This document shows, in pieces, positions 34,701-44,381 of a stretch of 64,000 nucleotides of DNA. Made by a program: the position numbers and the translations under genes. Positions within the stretch are counted from its first letter, which is position 1. Every line of letters starts with the position of its first letter. The stretch spans positions 352,001-416,000 of the forward strand of contig CAWDVR010000004.1 in assembly GCA_963805975.1 (NCBI GenBank). Reading direction: 5' to 3'. Below the pieces are notes generated by a model. The model made no database searches, had not been told where the DNA came from, and worked only from the letters and a program-made list of their open reading frames with translations. This DNA comes from an uncultured Acidobacteriota bacterium (GTDB lineage Bacteria; Acidobacteriota; Thermoanaerobaculia; Multivoradales; SZUA-115).

Positions 34701-34723
34701 GGGCGACCGCCGGTCGCCCCTAC
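34701..34723 (-). repeat. GTAG-type REP (family D)
   Basis: Minus strand GTAGGGGCGACCGGCGGTCGCCC, a GTAG head plus palindrome; related copy at 44262-44281. Confidence 0.6.
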
Positions 34724-34730
34724 GTTCTGG

Positions 34731-34769
34731 TCCCCTCTCCCGCTGGCGGGAGAGGGCTAGGGTGAGGGC
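34731..34769. repeat. Repeat family C (ccctctccc..gggagaggg + ctagggtgaggg) overlapping the ccmF stop
   Basis: ccctctcccgctggcgggagagggctagggtgaggg. Confidence 0.8.
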
Positions 34770-37021
34770 CCCGCCGAGTCCAGCCGCAGTGCCTGCTTGA
34801 GCCGCTGGATCGTCGCCAGCACACCGCCGAGGAGCACCACGTAGAGCCCGCCCCAGACCAGGTTGATGAGCGGCTTCCGGGTCACGTCGAGAGCGATCCG
34901 CGCCGGGATCGCCTCGGTGTTGCTGGCCAGGCCGGAGAGGGCGAGCACCACCGAGCCCTCGGCCGGGGTGAGCGAGGTGAGGGTGACGCTGCCGCCGCCG
35001 GGCACCGCGCTCGGCGTGGCATCCCAGCGCTGGCCGGGCGTGAGCCGCAAGACCGGCCGCACGAGCTCGGTCTTGCCGCCGCGCGTCACCTCCACCGCCG
35101 CCGCCACGGTCACCGCACCGGTCGAGGCCAGGATCGCCTGGTCGGCGCCTCCCAGGTCGAGGCTCACGAAGCGCACCGTGGCGTCGCCGATCTCCACCTT
35201 CTCACCCTGCGCCAGGCGCACCCGCGTGTCGCCGCCGGGAGGCACGGCGGGCTCGAACTCGAGCGGCGAGATGTAGAGATCCATCGCCAGGTAGTTCTTG
35301 ATGTCGGGGTTCTGCATCGCCTGCCGGGTGCGCTCGTTGATGAAGATCTTGGGATAGGCCATGAAGCGCTTGCCGTCGCGCTCGATGGCGACCTCCATGC
35401 ACTCCTTCCGGCCGCAGGCCTCCGGCAGCTCGCCCCGGGCGACGAAGCGCTCGAAGGTCATCGTCAGGTCGCCGACCGTGGTCGGCTTGCCCTGCTCGAG
35501 GGTCACCTTGGTGCTCTCGTCGTAGCCGGTCGACGCCAGGACGCCGAGCAGGATCACTCCCACTCCCACGTGCGCCAGGTACCCGCCCGCCGCCCGCAGG
35601 CCCCCGGAGCGGGTGAGCGCGACCGCCTTCGTGAGATTGGTCGAGAGCGCCAGCGCGGCGAGGAACACGAACACCAGGTGCGAGGCGTCGCGCACTGCGG
35701 CGACCGCGGCGAAGAGGGTGACCGCCAGCGCGGCCACCGCGGGCCAGCGCAGCTTGCGCGCCAGCTCGCGCGGGTCGTTCTCGCGCCAGGTCAGGTACGG
35801 CACGGCGGCCATCAAGACGGCGATCAGCACCGCGAGCGGGAAGTTGACCGTGTTGTAGAAGGTCGGTCCCACCTGGCTGGGGCTCGAGGCGAAGCGGGTG
35901 AGGAGCGGCGCCGAGGTGCCGACGGCGACCAGGATCGCCAGCAGCAGCACGACCAGGGTCGACATCACCATGAAGCTGCCGCGGGAGAGGATCGGGTCCT
36001 CGTTCCGGACCGTGGGCACGCCGCGCCAGCGCGTTCCCAGAAGCAGCAGGGAGAGAAGGCCGAAGAAGACCATCAGCGCGACCAGCCAGCCGGAGATGCC
36101 GAGGTCGACGAAGCTGTGCACCGAGAAGTCGGCGAGCACGCCGGAGCGGGTGAGGAAGGTGCCGTAGAGCACCGACATGTAGAGCAGGCAGGCGACCAGC
36201 AGGTTGGCGCGGCGATAGCGCCCCTGCGCTTTTTCCATGTGCAGCCCGTGGATGAGCACCGTTCCCAGGAGCCAGGGGATCAGCGAGGCGTTCTCCACCG
36301 GGTCCCAACCCCAGAAGCCGCCCCAGCCGAGCGTCTTGTAGGCCCAGTAGCCGCCCATCAGGATGGCGGTGCCCAGCACCAGGAAGCCGCCGAGCGCCCA
36401 CGGGAAGGCGCGCGCCGCCCAGCGGCTGTAGTCGCGCCGCCACATGGCGGCGACCGCGAAGGCGAAGGGGATGGCGGCAGCCGCGTAGCCCACGAACATG
36501 ATCGGCGGGTGGATCACCATCCAGTTGTCCTGCAGCAGCGGGTTTAGGCCCTTGCCGTCGGCCGCCGCCTGGGGCAGCATCACGAACGGGTTCTCCCGCA
36601 CCAGGATGAAGAGCAGGCCGAGCGCGGTCAGGGTGTAGACGGCCATCACCGGCGCCTCGTCCTTGCCGGCGCTCTTGGCGAGCGGCAGGCCCAGGAGCGC
36701 CGCCCACAGCAGCCAGATCAGGAAGCTCCCCTTCTGCCCGGCCCAGAAGGCCGCGGTCTGGAAGTAGATCGGCAGGTCGAGCCCCGAGTACTGCTCCACG
36801 TACTCGATGCGGAAGTCGCGGCGCAGCAGGCAGATGAAGAGCACCAGCGAGGCGAGCGCGATCGACAGGGCGAAGAACTTGTAGGCGCGGCGGGCGAAGA
36901 CGCGGGCCGACTCGTCGCCCCACAGCACCTGCGCATAGCCCCAGAGCGCGGCCAGCGCGAAGAGCAGGGCGCACCAGATGGTGAGGGCGCCGGGCAGGTA
37001 GAGCTTGGACAGTGCTTCCAT
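34757..37021 (-). CDS. ccmF: Cytochrome c biogenesis heme lyase CcmF
   Basis: FWAGQKGS, GLNPLLQ, IHPP, WAYKTLGWGGFWGWDPVENASLIPW, TRSG..SVHSF. Confidence 0.93.
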   Translation of the reverse strand: MEALSKLYLPGALTIWCALLFALAALWGYAQVLWGDESARVFARRAYKFFALSIALASLVLFICLLRRDFRIEYVEQYSGLDLPIYFQTAAFWAGQKGSFLIWLLWAALLGLPLAKSAGKDEAPVMAVYTLTALGLLFILVRENPFVMLPQAAADGKGLNPLLQDNWMVIHPPIMFVGYAAAAIPFAFAVAAMWRRDYSRWAARAFPWALGGFLVLGTAILMGGYWAYKTLGWGGFWGWDPVENASLIPWLLGTVLIHGLHMEKAQGRYRRANLLVACLLYMSVLYGTFLTRSGVLADFSVHSFVDLGISGWLVALMVFFGLLSLLLLGTRWRGVPTVRNEDPILSRGSFMVMSTLVVLLLAILVAVGTSAPLLTRFASSPSQVGPTFYNTVNFPLAVLIAVLMAAVPYLTWRENDPRELARKLRWPAVAALAVTLFAAVAAVRDASHLVFVFLAALALSTNLTKAVALTRSGGLRAAGGYLAHVGVGVILLGVLASTGYDESTKVTLEQGKPTTVGDLTMTFERFVARGELPEACGRKECMEVAIERDGKRFMAYPKIFINERTRQAMQNPDIKNYLAMDLYISPLEFEPAVPPGGDTRVRLAQGEKVEIGDATVRFVSLDLGGADQAILASTGAVTVAAAVEVTRGGKTELVRPVLRLTPGQRWDATPSAVPGGGSVTLTSLTPAEGSVVLALSGLASNTEAIPARIALDVTRKPLINLVWGGLYVVLLGGVLATIQRLKQALRLDSAGPSP

Positions 37022-37041
37022 GGGCAAGCTGCCTTTCCCGG

Positions 37042-37443
37042 CTAGCTGTAGCGCTTCTCTTCCACTTCGGCTCCCTGGTACTTGCTGGGGCACTTCACCA
37101 GGAGCTGGTCGGCGGCGAACTCGTCCGTCGCGGCGTCGAAGCGGCCGATGGCGACGATCGAGATCGCGTCCTCGAAGTTGGCCGGCTTGAGGCCGCTGTA
37201 GCGCACGCGGATGGTTTCGCCGGTCTCGGGCTCGGCCAGGGTGAAGAGCAGCGTCCCGGCCGCGTTGTCGTAGCGCGAGCTGCCCTTGTCGAGGCCGCCG
37301 GCCACCTGCACGGTGCGGGTCATGGACCGGGCCTCGCGGTACGAGACGTACTGCGTGAGGCTGGTGCGGAAAGAAGCCAGGGCGAAGCCACCGAAGCCGA
37401 GGAGCAGGAGGCCGCCCACGAGGTAGGTCGCGCGCTTGTTCAT
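37042..37443 (-). CDS. ccmE: Heme chaperone CcmE, CxxxY variant
   Basis: N-terminal TM, YSGLKPANF, LLVKCPSKY. Confidence 0.9.
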   Translation of the reverse strand: MNKRATYLVGGLLLLGFGGFALASFRTSLTQYVSYREARSMTRTVQVAGGLDKGSSRYDNAAGTLLFTLAEPETGETIRVRYSGLKPANFEDAISIVAIGRFDAATDEFAADQLLVKCPSKYQGAEVEEKRYS

Positions 37444-37556
37444 GAGTCCTTCTCCAGGCGCTCGAGCCGCCGGCTCAGGCGCAGCAGGTAGACGAAGATC
37501 CCGGTCCAGATCACCAGGTTCACTCCCACCACCCAGAGCGTGGTTCCTTCGGTCAT
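37440..37556 (-). CDS. ccmD: CcmD-family small membrane protein (not in ORF track)
   Basis: MTEGTTLWVVGVNLVIWTGIFVYLLRLSRRLERLEKDS*; GGAGG SD; TGA overlaps the ccmE ATG. Confidence 0.8.
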   Translation of the reverse strand: MTEGTTLWVVGVNLVIWTGIFVYLLRLSRRLERLEKDS

Positions 37557-37580
37557 CGATCGGACCTCCGAACGGCCATC

Positions 37581-38267
37581 TTACATCCCCTCCTCGCGGC
37601 TCCCGCCCCAGGCGGCAAACCTTTTGTCGGCGAGCGCGCTCGCCCGCCGGGCGAGATTCAGCAGCCAGAAGAACAGTGCGGTGAAGCTCGCCGCCGAGAC
37701 CAGCAGCACGGTGAGCATGCGCGCGTTCATCTCCACCTTGCCCGCTGCGTTGATCACCGGCTCCGGGTGGAGCGAGTAGACCAGCCGCGGCGCGACGAAG
37801 AACAGGAACGGGGCCACCACCAGGCCGAGGGCGGCGTAGGCGGCCGAGATCCGCCGCCGGGTCTCGAGGTCCTGGATCGCCCCGCGCAGCGCGAGGTAGG
37901 CGGCATAGAACAAGAGGGCGAAAGCGATCGAGATCTGGCGCGGGTCCCAGTTCCAGAAGGCGCCCCACATGGTCCGCGCCCACATCGCCCCGGTCACCGT
38001 GGCCAGCACGCAGAAGAGAAGACCCAGCTCCACCGCCGCCTCGGCCGCACGGTCGTGGTCCGGCCGCCGTCCGGCCGCGAGGTAGCGCACGCTGTAGGCC
38101 CCGGCCGTGACGAAGGCCACGAACGCCACCCATGCCATGGGCACGTGAAAGAACAGGATGCGGCTCGACTGGCCGAGGAAGCCCTCCGCCAGCGGCGCCC
38201 AGTAGAAAGCACCCACGATCACGGCGCAGATCGCGAGCCAGAGCACCCAGGGGAGAACCTTGCGCAT
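37581..38267 (-). CDS. ccmC: Heme exporter CcmC
   Basis: RILFFHVPMAW, GAMWARTMWGAFWNWDPR, SLHP. Confidence 0.93.
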   Translation of the reverse strand: MRKVLPWVLWLAICAVIVGAFYWAPLAEGFLGQSSRILFFHVPMAWVAFVAFVTAGAYSVRYLAAGRRPDHDRAAEAAVELGLLFCVLATVTGAMWARTMWGAFWNWDPRQISIAFALLFYAAYLALRGAIQDLETRRRISAAYAALGLVVAPFLFFVAPRLVYSLHPEPVINAAGKVEMNARMLTVLLVSAASFTALFFWLLNLARRASALADKRFAAWGGSREEGM

Positions 38268-38274
38268 CGGCGGT

Positions 38275-38976
38275 CTACGGATTCCAGATGACCGGGAACA
38301 GCATCAGCGAGGCCACGGTGAGGCTCCCATCATACAGAAGCAGGACCATGAGAGCGTCGCCCGGCGGCTCGCCGGAGACCGCGGCGCGGGAGAGCTGCAC
38401 GGCGAAGATCAGCAGCGGCAACAGCACCGGAAACGAGAGCACGGCGAAGAGCGTGCCCTTCGATTGCGCCTGGCCGATCATGGCGGCGATCAGGGTGCTG
38501 CCGGCCGCCAGGCCGTAGCCGCCGGCGGCGAGGGTCGCGAGCAGCAGGCCGGGAGAGGCCACGCCGAGCTGCATCAGGACCAGGAAGAGCGGAGTGACGA
38601 GAACCTCCAGCGCCAGCACCAGGGCGAGGCTGTAGGCCAGCTTGCCGCAGAAGAGCGCCGACGGCCGGGCCGCGAGCCGCAGCGCGGTCGCGGTGTGGGT
38701 CTCCTCCTCGTGCACGAAGCCCCGCGGCAGGCCGGCGGTGGCGGCGAAGAGCAGGATCAGCCACAGCAGCACGGGGAGCACCGCGGCGCGCTCCGAGGAC
38801 CGGGCGCCCATCGGCCCCAGCGCCACGCTCACCACCACCAGCGTGGTGAGGGCGAAGAGCGCCAGCGTGTTGAGCGCCGAGCGGGTGCGGAGCTCGCACC
38901 GCCACTCCTTGACGAACACCGCCGCGGCCTGGCCCAGCCAGAGGCTCGCCGCGGAGCGCGGGGGCTCAGAGCGCAA
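38275..38976 (-). CDS. ccmB: Heme exporter CcmB
   Basis: KEWRCELRTR, FVHEEE, LSFPVLLPLL; start placed at TTG 38976. Confidence 0.85.
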   Translation of the reverse strand: MRSEPPRSAASLWLGQAAAVFVKEWRCELRTRSALNTLALFALTTLVVVSVALGPMGARSSERAAVLPVLLWLILLFAATAGLPRGFVHEEETHTATALRLAARPSALFCGKLAYSLALVLALEVLVTPLFLVLMQLGVASPGLLLATLAAGGYGLAAGSTLIAAMIGQAQSKGTLFAVLSFPVLLPLLIFAVQLSRAAVSGEPPGDALMVLLLYDGSLTVASLMLFPVIWNP

Positions 38977-39569
38977 GCGCGTGCTCCACGCGGGGCAGGT
39001 CGAGGGCGGTGGGCGAGGCGACCACCGCGAAGCCGTGCTCGAGCTGCTCGGCGAGCAGCTCCCGCGCCAGGGCCTCGCCCTCGGCGTCGAGGTTCTGGAA
39101 CGGCTCGTCCGCGAGCAGCAGGGCGGGCTCGCCCAGCAGGCCGAAGGCCCAGCGCAGGCGCTGGCGCATGCCGGAGGAGAGCGCCCCGGCGAGCCGCGCG
39201 GGAGGCAGGCCCACGCGCGCCACCAGCCGGTCGGCATGCTCGCGCGGCAGGCCGCGCAGGCGGGCGAAGAAGGCGAGGTTCTCGGCCACGGACAGCTCTT
39301 CGTAGAAGGCGAGGTCCGGCGCCACGTAGCCGACCCGCTGGCGCCGGCCGGCGATGTCGAAGCGGGCCTCGCCCTCGCGGTACTCGATCCGGCCGGCCTC
39401 GGGCGCCAGCAGGCCCGCGAGACAGCGCAGCAGCGTGCTCTTGCCCGAGCCGTTCCGGCCCGTCACCAGCAGCAGGCCGCCGCTCTCGACCGTTGCCGGA
39501 GACGCCCTGCAAGACACGGAGCGGGCCGAAGCCGCGCGCCAGGCCGGTGAACGACAGCGAGGCGTGCAT
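38966..39569 (-). CDS. ccmA: Heme ABC exporter ATPase CcmA with apparent +1 frameshift near 39493
   Basis: MHASLSFTGLARGFGPLRVLQGVSG then, after one extra [36 protein letters not shown]. Confidence 0.85.
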
Positions 39570-40276
39570 TAGCGCAGGCGGAAGAGGAGGGTCACCGCCG
39601 TGCCGTCCGCCGGCAGCACGCCGGGGCGGACGCGGAAGGCCGTCGAGCCCTTGACGTAGTCGCGCACCGTGTAGCGGGCGTTGCCCACCTTGCTGCCGGG
39701 GCAGGAGTAGAGGCAGACCAGGCAGCCCGAGTGCCAGGCGTGGATGTTGGCGCGGTGGCCGCCCAGGCGCATGTCGAAGCCGCGCCCGCCGGGGTCGTCG
39801 AGGATCTCGGGCAGCGTCAGCGGCTCGCCGCGGCCGGGCACGCGGACCAGCACCTCGACGGCCGGGCCGGCGATCTCCCGGTCGGGCGCGCTCGAGCCGG
39901 GGCTCTCGCGCTCGTCCCAGGTGTCCATGCCGAGGGCGTTTCCGGGCCGGGCGCCGAGCTCCTCGAAGGCGTCCAGCACCGCGGTGTCGCTGACCGGGGT
40001 GGTGAAGAGGGCCGCGGACGCCGACTTGCCCTCGCCCCACACGATGAGGTGGTAGCCCGGCATGCCGCGCAGGCGGCGCTCGAAGTCCGCGGCGTGCACG
40101 GTGGCGGGGATCTCGATGCCGCCGGCGACGACGCGGAGGGCGGTGGGCTCGGCGGAGGCGGTGGTCGATGCCGAGCCGCCGCAGGCGGCGAGGGCCAACG
40201 GCCAGAGCGTGAGGAAGGAGGCGAGAACCACACCGAGCCGCGCGGCCGGCCTTCCGAGGTCTGACATCTGGGCCAT
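39569..40276 (-). CDS. YdjY-domain-like lipoprotein with CxxCxxxC motif
   Basis: Lipobox LAAC; AFEELGARPGN, SGCLVCLYSCPG; TAATG overlap with the ccmA start. Confidence 0.65.
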   Translation of the reverse strand: MAQMSDLGRPAARLGVVLASFLTLWPLALAACGGSASTTASAEPTALRVVAGGIEIPATVHAADFERRLRGMPGYHLIVWGEGKSASAALFTTPVSDTAVLDAFEELGARPGNALGMDTWDERESPGSSAPDREIAGPAVEVLVRVPGRGEPLTLPEILDDPGGRGFDMRLGGHRANIHAWHSGCLVCLYSCPGSKVGNARYTVRDYVKGSTAFRVRPGVLPADGTAVTLLFRLR

Positions 40277-40314
40277 TGTACGCGCCTCCCATCCTCGATC
40301 CTGGAGAAGCAATG

Positions 40315-40421
40315 GGATGGATTCCCGCTTTCGCGGGAATGACGGAATCGAGGCGACCGAGCTGGTTCTCCCGACCTCGCCTCAGCCTGGCTGTCATTCC
40401 CGCGAAAGCGGGAATCCATCC
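40315..40421. repeat. REPIN-like element (family B): perfect 29-bp inverted arms, each internally palindromic
   Basis: ggatggattcccgctttcgcgggaatgac (40315-40343) and gtcattcccgcgaaagcgggaatccatcc (40393-40421). Confidence 0.9.
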
Positions 40422-40476
40422 GGCGCTGGAGGTGGCCACGGCTGACTCTCAGCGCTGGCCGAAGTAGCATGCCTTC

Positions 40477-42522
40477 GTGTCTTCGCCGCCACCTTCGTGC
40501 CTGCTGGTCCTCCTGCTACTCGCCGCCTGCGCGCCGGTGGCCTCCCCGCGCACCGCGCCCGACCTCCCGGTGGTCGATCTCCCGCACTTGAGCGAGCGTG
40601 CGCTCCTGCTGCTGGTCGCCGATCGCAAGGAGCACGAGCCGTTCACCGTCGAGAAGGCGCTCGGCGGCCCGCCGGAGCTGCGGCGCGCCCTGGCCGTGGC
40701 GCTGGGGCGCTCCGGTCACCCGGCCGGCCTGCCGGTGCTCCGCGGCCTCGCGGCCGACGAGAACGGCAGCGTGCGGCAGGCCGCGATCTTCGCCCTCGGG
40801 CTGGCCCGCGACCCGGAGGCTGCGGCGCTCCTCCTTGGCCGCGCCGCGGACCCGGAGCGCGCGGAGGCCGCGCTGGCGGTCGAGGCCCTGGGCAAGCTCG
40901 GCGAGCCGCTGGTCGAGGTGCTCCGCGTGCTGACGCCGCTCCCGGAAGGCGAGCGCTGGGCGCGGCTCCTGCCCCACCTCTGGCGCTTCTCGGGCGACAC
41001 CGTCGTGCCGCTGGCGCTCACCGGCCTCGGGCAGGAGGATCGCGAGCTCCGCGCCCGCGCGGCTTTTGCCCTCGCCTCGCGCGCCGCCTCCGCCCCGCGG
41101 CCCGAGGTGGTTCGGGCGCTGCGCGCATTGCTCGCGGACCCGGGCGCTCCCCACCCGAACCTGCAAACCCGTGGCTGGGCGGCGCTGGCGCTGGGCTCGG
41201 TCGGCGGCGAGGAAGACCTCTCGCGCCTCGAGCTCCTGCTGGCGGACCACGAGGCCGGCCTCGTGGCGGACGCCTTGCGTGCCGCCCGGGCGCTGGTTCT
41301 CGCGGGGCGCGCCGCGGCTCCCGCGAGCTGGCGGGAGCGCCTCGCGGGACTGTTCGACGACCCGCGGCCCGCGGTGCGGCTCGTGGCGCTCGAAGCGGCC
41401 GCGGCCTGGCTGCCGGACGCCGCGCTGGGTGAGCGCCTGCGGAATCGTTTCGCGAGCGGCCGAGGCCGGGAGCGGGAGGTGGCGCTCGTGGCCCTCGCCG
41501 AAGGGCAGGACCCGCAGGCCGCCGCGCTCGCCGCGAGTGCCGCGGCGGCACCCGAGCCGTCTCTGCGGCGGGCTGCGGTCGAGGCGGCGGCGCTCCTCGA
41601 CCTCGACGCGCTCCTCGCCACCCTGGCGCGCGACCCAGTGCCCGCGGTGCGGGCTCCGGCTCTCACCGCGCGGCTCGGTCTGTCGACCGGTGACCCGACC
41701 GATCTGCTCGCGGACGGCCTCGGCGACGACGATCCCGGCGTACGCGCCGCGGTGCTCACCTGGCTCGCGAGCCACCCGGTGCTGCCCTACGAGGGGATCT
41801 CGGCTTCGATTCGCCTCGCCCGGCGCGATCCCGATCCCGCGGCCCGGCTGGCCGGGGTCGCGGCGCTGGTTGCCCGCGGCAAGGCACAGCCGCTCGAGCG
41901 CGGCTCGGTGGTGCGCGGTCTCGAGACCCTGGCCGCCGAGCGGGACTATCTCCTGCGCCGCGCGGCGATCTCGGGGCTGGCTGCGCTCGGCCGCCCGGGG
42001 CCGCCGCTGGGGAGCGTCGCGACCGGCCGGGGAGGCGACGTCTACCGCGACATCGTGCAGCGCACGTCCCGCCCGCGGTCGATCGAGGTTCGAACCGCCC
42101 GCGGCACCATCCAGGTGCGCCTCGCCTGCCCGGAGGCGCCGCTCACCTGCCTCTCCTTCCTGCAGCTCATGGCCCAGGGCTTCTACGACGGCCTCGCCTT
42201 CCACCGCGTCGAGCCCGGCCGCTTCGTCGAGACCGGCGACCCGCGCAGCCGTGACGGGTTTGATGATGGGTTGGGCGACGGCTGGGGTGGGCCCGGCTAC
42301 ACGCTGCGCGACGAGCTCAACTCCCTCCCGGCGCGGCGCGGCGCCCTCGCCATGTCCGCCGCCGAGCCCGACACCGCCGGCAGCCGGTTCCTCCTCTTCC
42401 TCGCCGATCAACCCCAGCTCGACGGCAAGCTCACGGTCTTCGGCGAGGTGGTGGGCGGGTGGGAGGTGCTGGACTCGATCGAGCAGGGGGAGCGGATCGA
42501 GGCCGTCCGCGAGGTGCCCTGA
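40477..42522 (+). CDS. HEAT-repeat lipoprotein fused to a cyclophilin-type PPIase domain
   Basis: LAAC lipobox, HEAT repeats, GFYDGLAFHRV, GGPGY, DTAGSRF, PQLDGKLTVFGEV. Confidence 0.88.
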   Translation: MSSPPPSCLLVLLLLAACAPVASPRTAPDLPVVDLPHLSERALLLLVADRKEHEPFTVEKALGGPPELRRALAVALGRSGHPAGLPVLRGLAADENGSVRQAAIFALGLARDPEAAALLLGRAADPERAEAALAVEALGKLGEPLVEVLRVLTPLPEGERWARLLPHLWRFSGDTVVPLALTGLGQEDRELRARAAFALASRAASAPRPEVVRALRALLADPGAPHPNLQTRGWAALALGSVGGEEDLSRLELLLADHEAGLVADALRAARALVLAGRAAAPASWRERLAGLFDDPRPAVRLVALEAAAAWLPDAALGERLRNRFASGRGREREVALVALAEGQDPQAAALAASAAAAPEPSLRRAAVEAAALLDLDALLATLARDPVPAVRAPALTARLGLSTGDPTDLLADGLGDDDPGVRAAVLTWLASHPVLPYEGISASIRLARRDPDPAARLAGVAALVARGKAQPLERGSVVRGLETLAAERDYLLRRAAISGLAALGRPGPPLGSVATGRGGDVYRDIVQRTSRPRSIEVRTARGTIQVRLACPEAPLTCLSFLQLMAQGFYDGLAFHRVEPGRFVETGDPRSRDGFDDGLGDGWGGPGYTLRDELNSLPARRGALAMSAAEPDTAGSRFLLFLADQPQLDGKLTVFGEVVGGWEVLDSIEQGERIEAVREVP

Positions 42523-42550
42523 CCCGCGCTGACGGCCCCTCCATCGACGC

Positions 42551-43966
42551 TCAGAGATGGCAGCGGATCGTGCCCTGCCGCAGGGCATGACCGCCCGTGT
42601 CGTCGTCGTCGACCCAGAAGAAGGCCTTGAGACCGTTGGCGCCGCACTCGGTCGCCATCGTGATCCCTTCGTTGTTCAGGGTCTGAATCGCCTCGTTCGC
42701 CGGGTCGACGATCTGGCGCTGCCGGAAGGTGACGAGCTTGGGGTTGGCCGGGTCGGCGGCGATCTCGAGGATCACGGCGTGGTTGTCGCAGCCGTTGTCG
42801 CAGTAGGCCCAGAGGAGCCCGGTGTCGCGGTCGAAATCGAGGGCCATCACTTCCGGCAGACCGGAGGGGAAGCTCGCCACCAGCGTATGGGTGCCGTTCT
42901 TGTGGTCCAGCGCGAAGGCGTAGAGCCTGCCGTTGTCTTCGAGACCGACGACGAAGAGGCCCGTTCCGTGGTTGGGGAAGTCCTTCGGTGCGTAGGCTTT
43001 CTCCCCGAAGGTGAGCCCGCGCTCGACCAGGTGCGTGTCCGGCACCCAGGCGATGGCCTCCAGGCCCTTGTTGGCGCCCACTTTGGGGAGGGACGAGGAG
43101 AGGTTCCACTCGTGAGAGGCAGTGAGCAGGTTGCCCTTCCCTTCGGTGTCGAAGCGCAGCACGCCCACCTTCTCGCCCTCGAAGGAAATGTAGACCACCG
43201 GCGAGTCCAGCTCCGCCTTGGTCAGCCCTTCCGTGTCCGGCGTGCCTCCGGTGGGGGTTCGCAGCACGCTGCCGTTCCTCCAGCTTTCGGGGGCCGGGCC
43301 CCAAGTCGCCCCGTTCCACTCGAGGCGATAGAGGTTCGGGGGGTCGTTCTTGACCGCCCAGAGGACGGCGGGCGTCGTGACCTGACCGCTGGGCGCGGTC
43401 TTGGCGGGTTGATAGGCCACGCCGCTCATGTTCTTGCCCATCTGTTTCTGCTCATCGGCCGTCGCCACGTCGGTGCCGCCTGGCCACGCTTCCCCACATC
43501 GGTTGGGCTTTTCCCGGGTGGGCGCGAGCGTCCGGGTCCAGCGGAAGGTCGCGTCGCCGTTGGGACAGCGGCCGTAGGAAGTCTTCGCGGCAGACGTCCA
43601 GGTGTAGGAGTCGACGAGCGCGCCCGCCTTGTCGAAGAGTCGGGCGGAATCGGCCTCGCCCAGCCCGAACTTCATCTTGGACTCTTCGAGCACCAGGAAG
43701 CCGCCCGGCGGCAGAGTGGTTCCGGCGCCGATCTCGTAGGGGCTTCGGTCCTCGCTGTCCCGGAAACTCCATCCGGAGACGTCCACGGCCGCCGCCGTCG
43801 AATTGTGCAGCTCGACCCAGTCGTCAGCCCCCGAGGTCGTCCGGACCTCGTTGAGCCTGACGCCGGAAGTCTGCGCCAGCGACGGCGTCGCCGGCCAACC
43901 CAGCAGTCCAGAGGCCCAGAGAAAAGAGAGAGCTGCCAAGGAGCCACGACGAGCTCTTGCTTCCAT
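42551..43966 (-). CDS. Secreted lamin-tail-domain protein with C-terminal beta-propeller-like domain
   Basis: VRLNEV..DWVELHN..VDVSGW.F.D LTD motif, SYGRCPNG; NMSGVAY, DTEGLT, GLEAIAW, NNEGIT blades; ATG 43966. Confidence 0.75.
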   Translation of the reverse strand: MEARARRGSLAALSFLWASGLLGWPATPSLAQTSGVRLNEVRTTSGADDWVELHNSTAAAVDVSGWSFRDSEDRSPYEIGAGTTLPPGGFLVLEESKMKFGLGEADSARLFDKAGALVDSYTWTSAAKTSYGRCPNGDATFRWTRTLAPTREKPNRCGEAWPGGTDVATADEQKQMGKNMSGVAYQPAKTAPSGQVTTPAVLWAVKNDPPNLYRLEWNGATWGPAPESWRNGSVLRTPTGGTPDTEGLTKAELDSPVVYISFEGEKVGVLRFDTEGKGNLLTASHEWNLSSSLPKVGANKGLEAIAWVPDTHLVERGLTFGEKAYAPKDFPNHGTGLFVVGLEDNGRLYAFALDHKNGTHTLVASFPSGLPEVMALDFDRDTGLLWAYCDNGCDNHAVILEIAADPANPKLVTFRQRQIVDPANEAIQTLNNEGITMATECGANGLKAFFWVDDDDTGGHALRQGTIRCHL

Positions 43967-44089
43967 GATCTGTACACCTCCGCGCGCTTCAGAGATCTGA
44001 AGTCCGCCGGTAGAGAAGGAAAAATGACCTCGATGGGATCGAGGGAAGGATATCTCGCGCGCCAGACCGGGGTCCAGACATTGCCCCGC

Positions 44090-44156
44090 CTCGACGGCAA
44101 GTTGACGGTCTTCGGCGAGGTGGTGGGAGGGGTGGAGAGGTGCTGCTGCGATCGAG
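44090..44156 (+). repeat. Degenerate second copy of the cyclophilin gene 3' end (direct repeat of 42418-42483)
   Basis: 44090-44127 matches 42418-42455 at 36/38 nt; similarity then decays. Confidence 0.85.
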
Positions 44157-44261
44157 GTCAACAATTTCAGTGACGCTGCAAGGGTCGATATTTGCTTGAC
44201 TTCAGATAAGCGCTTCTCCAGAATAAGGATCCTCGGAATCTCATCGGATTGAGCAGTTCCT

Positions 44262-44281
44262 GGGCGTGAAGCCGCCCCTAC
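44262..44281 (-). repeat. GTAG-type REP (family D)
   Basis: Minus strand GTAGGGGCGGCTTCACGCCC. Confidence 0.45.
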
Positions 44282-44381
44282 GCAGCGGTAGTGGTGGCTG
44301 GGTTCGGGCGGTCTAACTCGGAGGCTCCGTAGGCAATAGGAGTCTGCAGATCAAGTCGATCAGCCATAGGAGGATTTGGCG

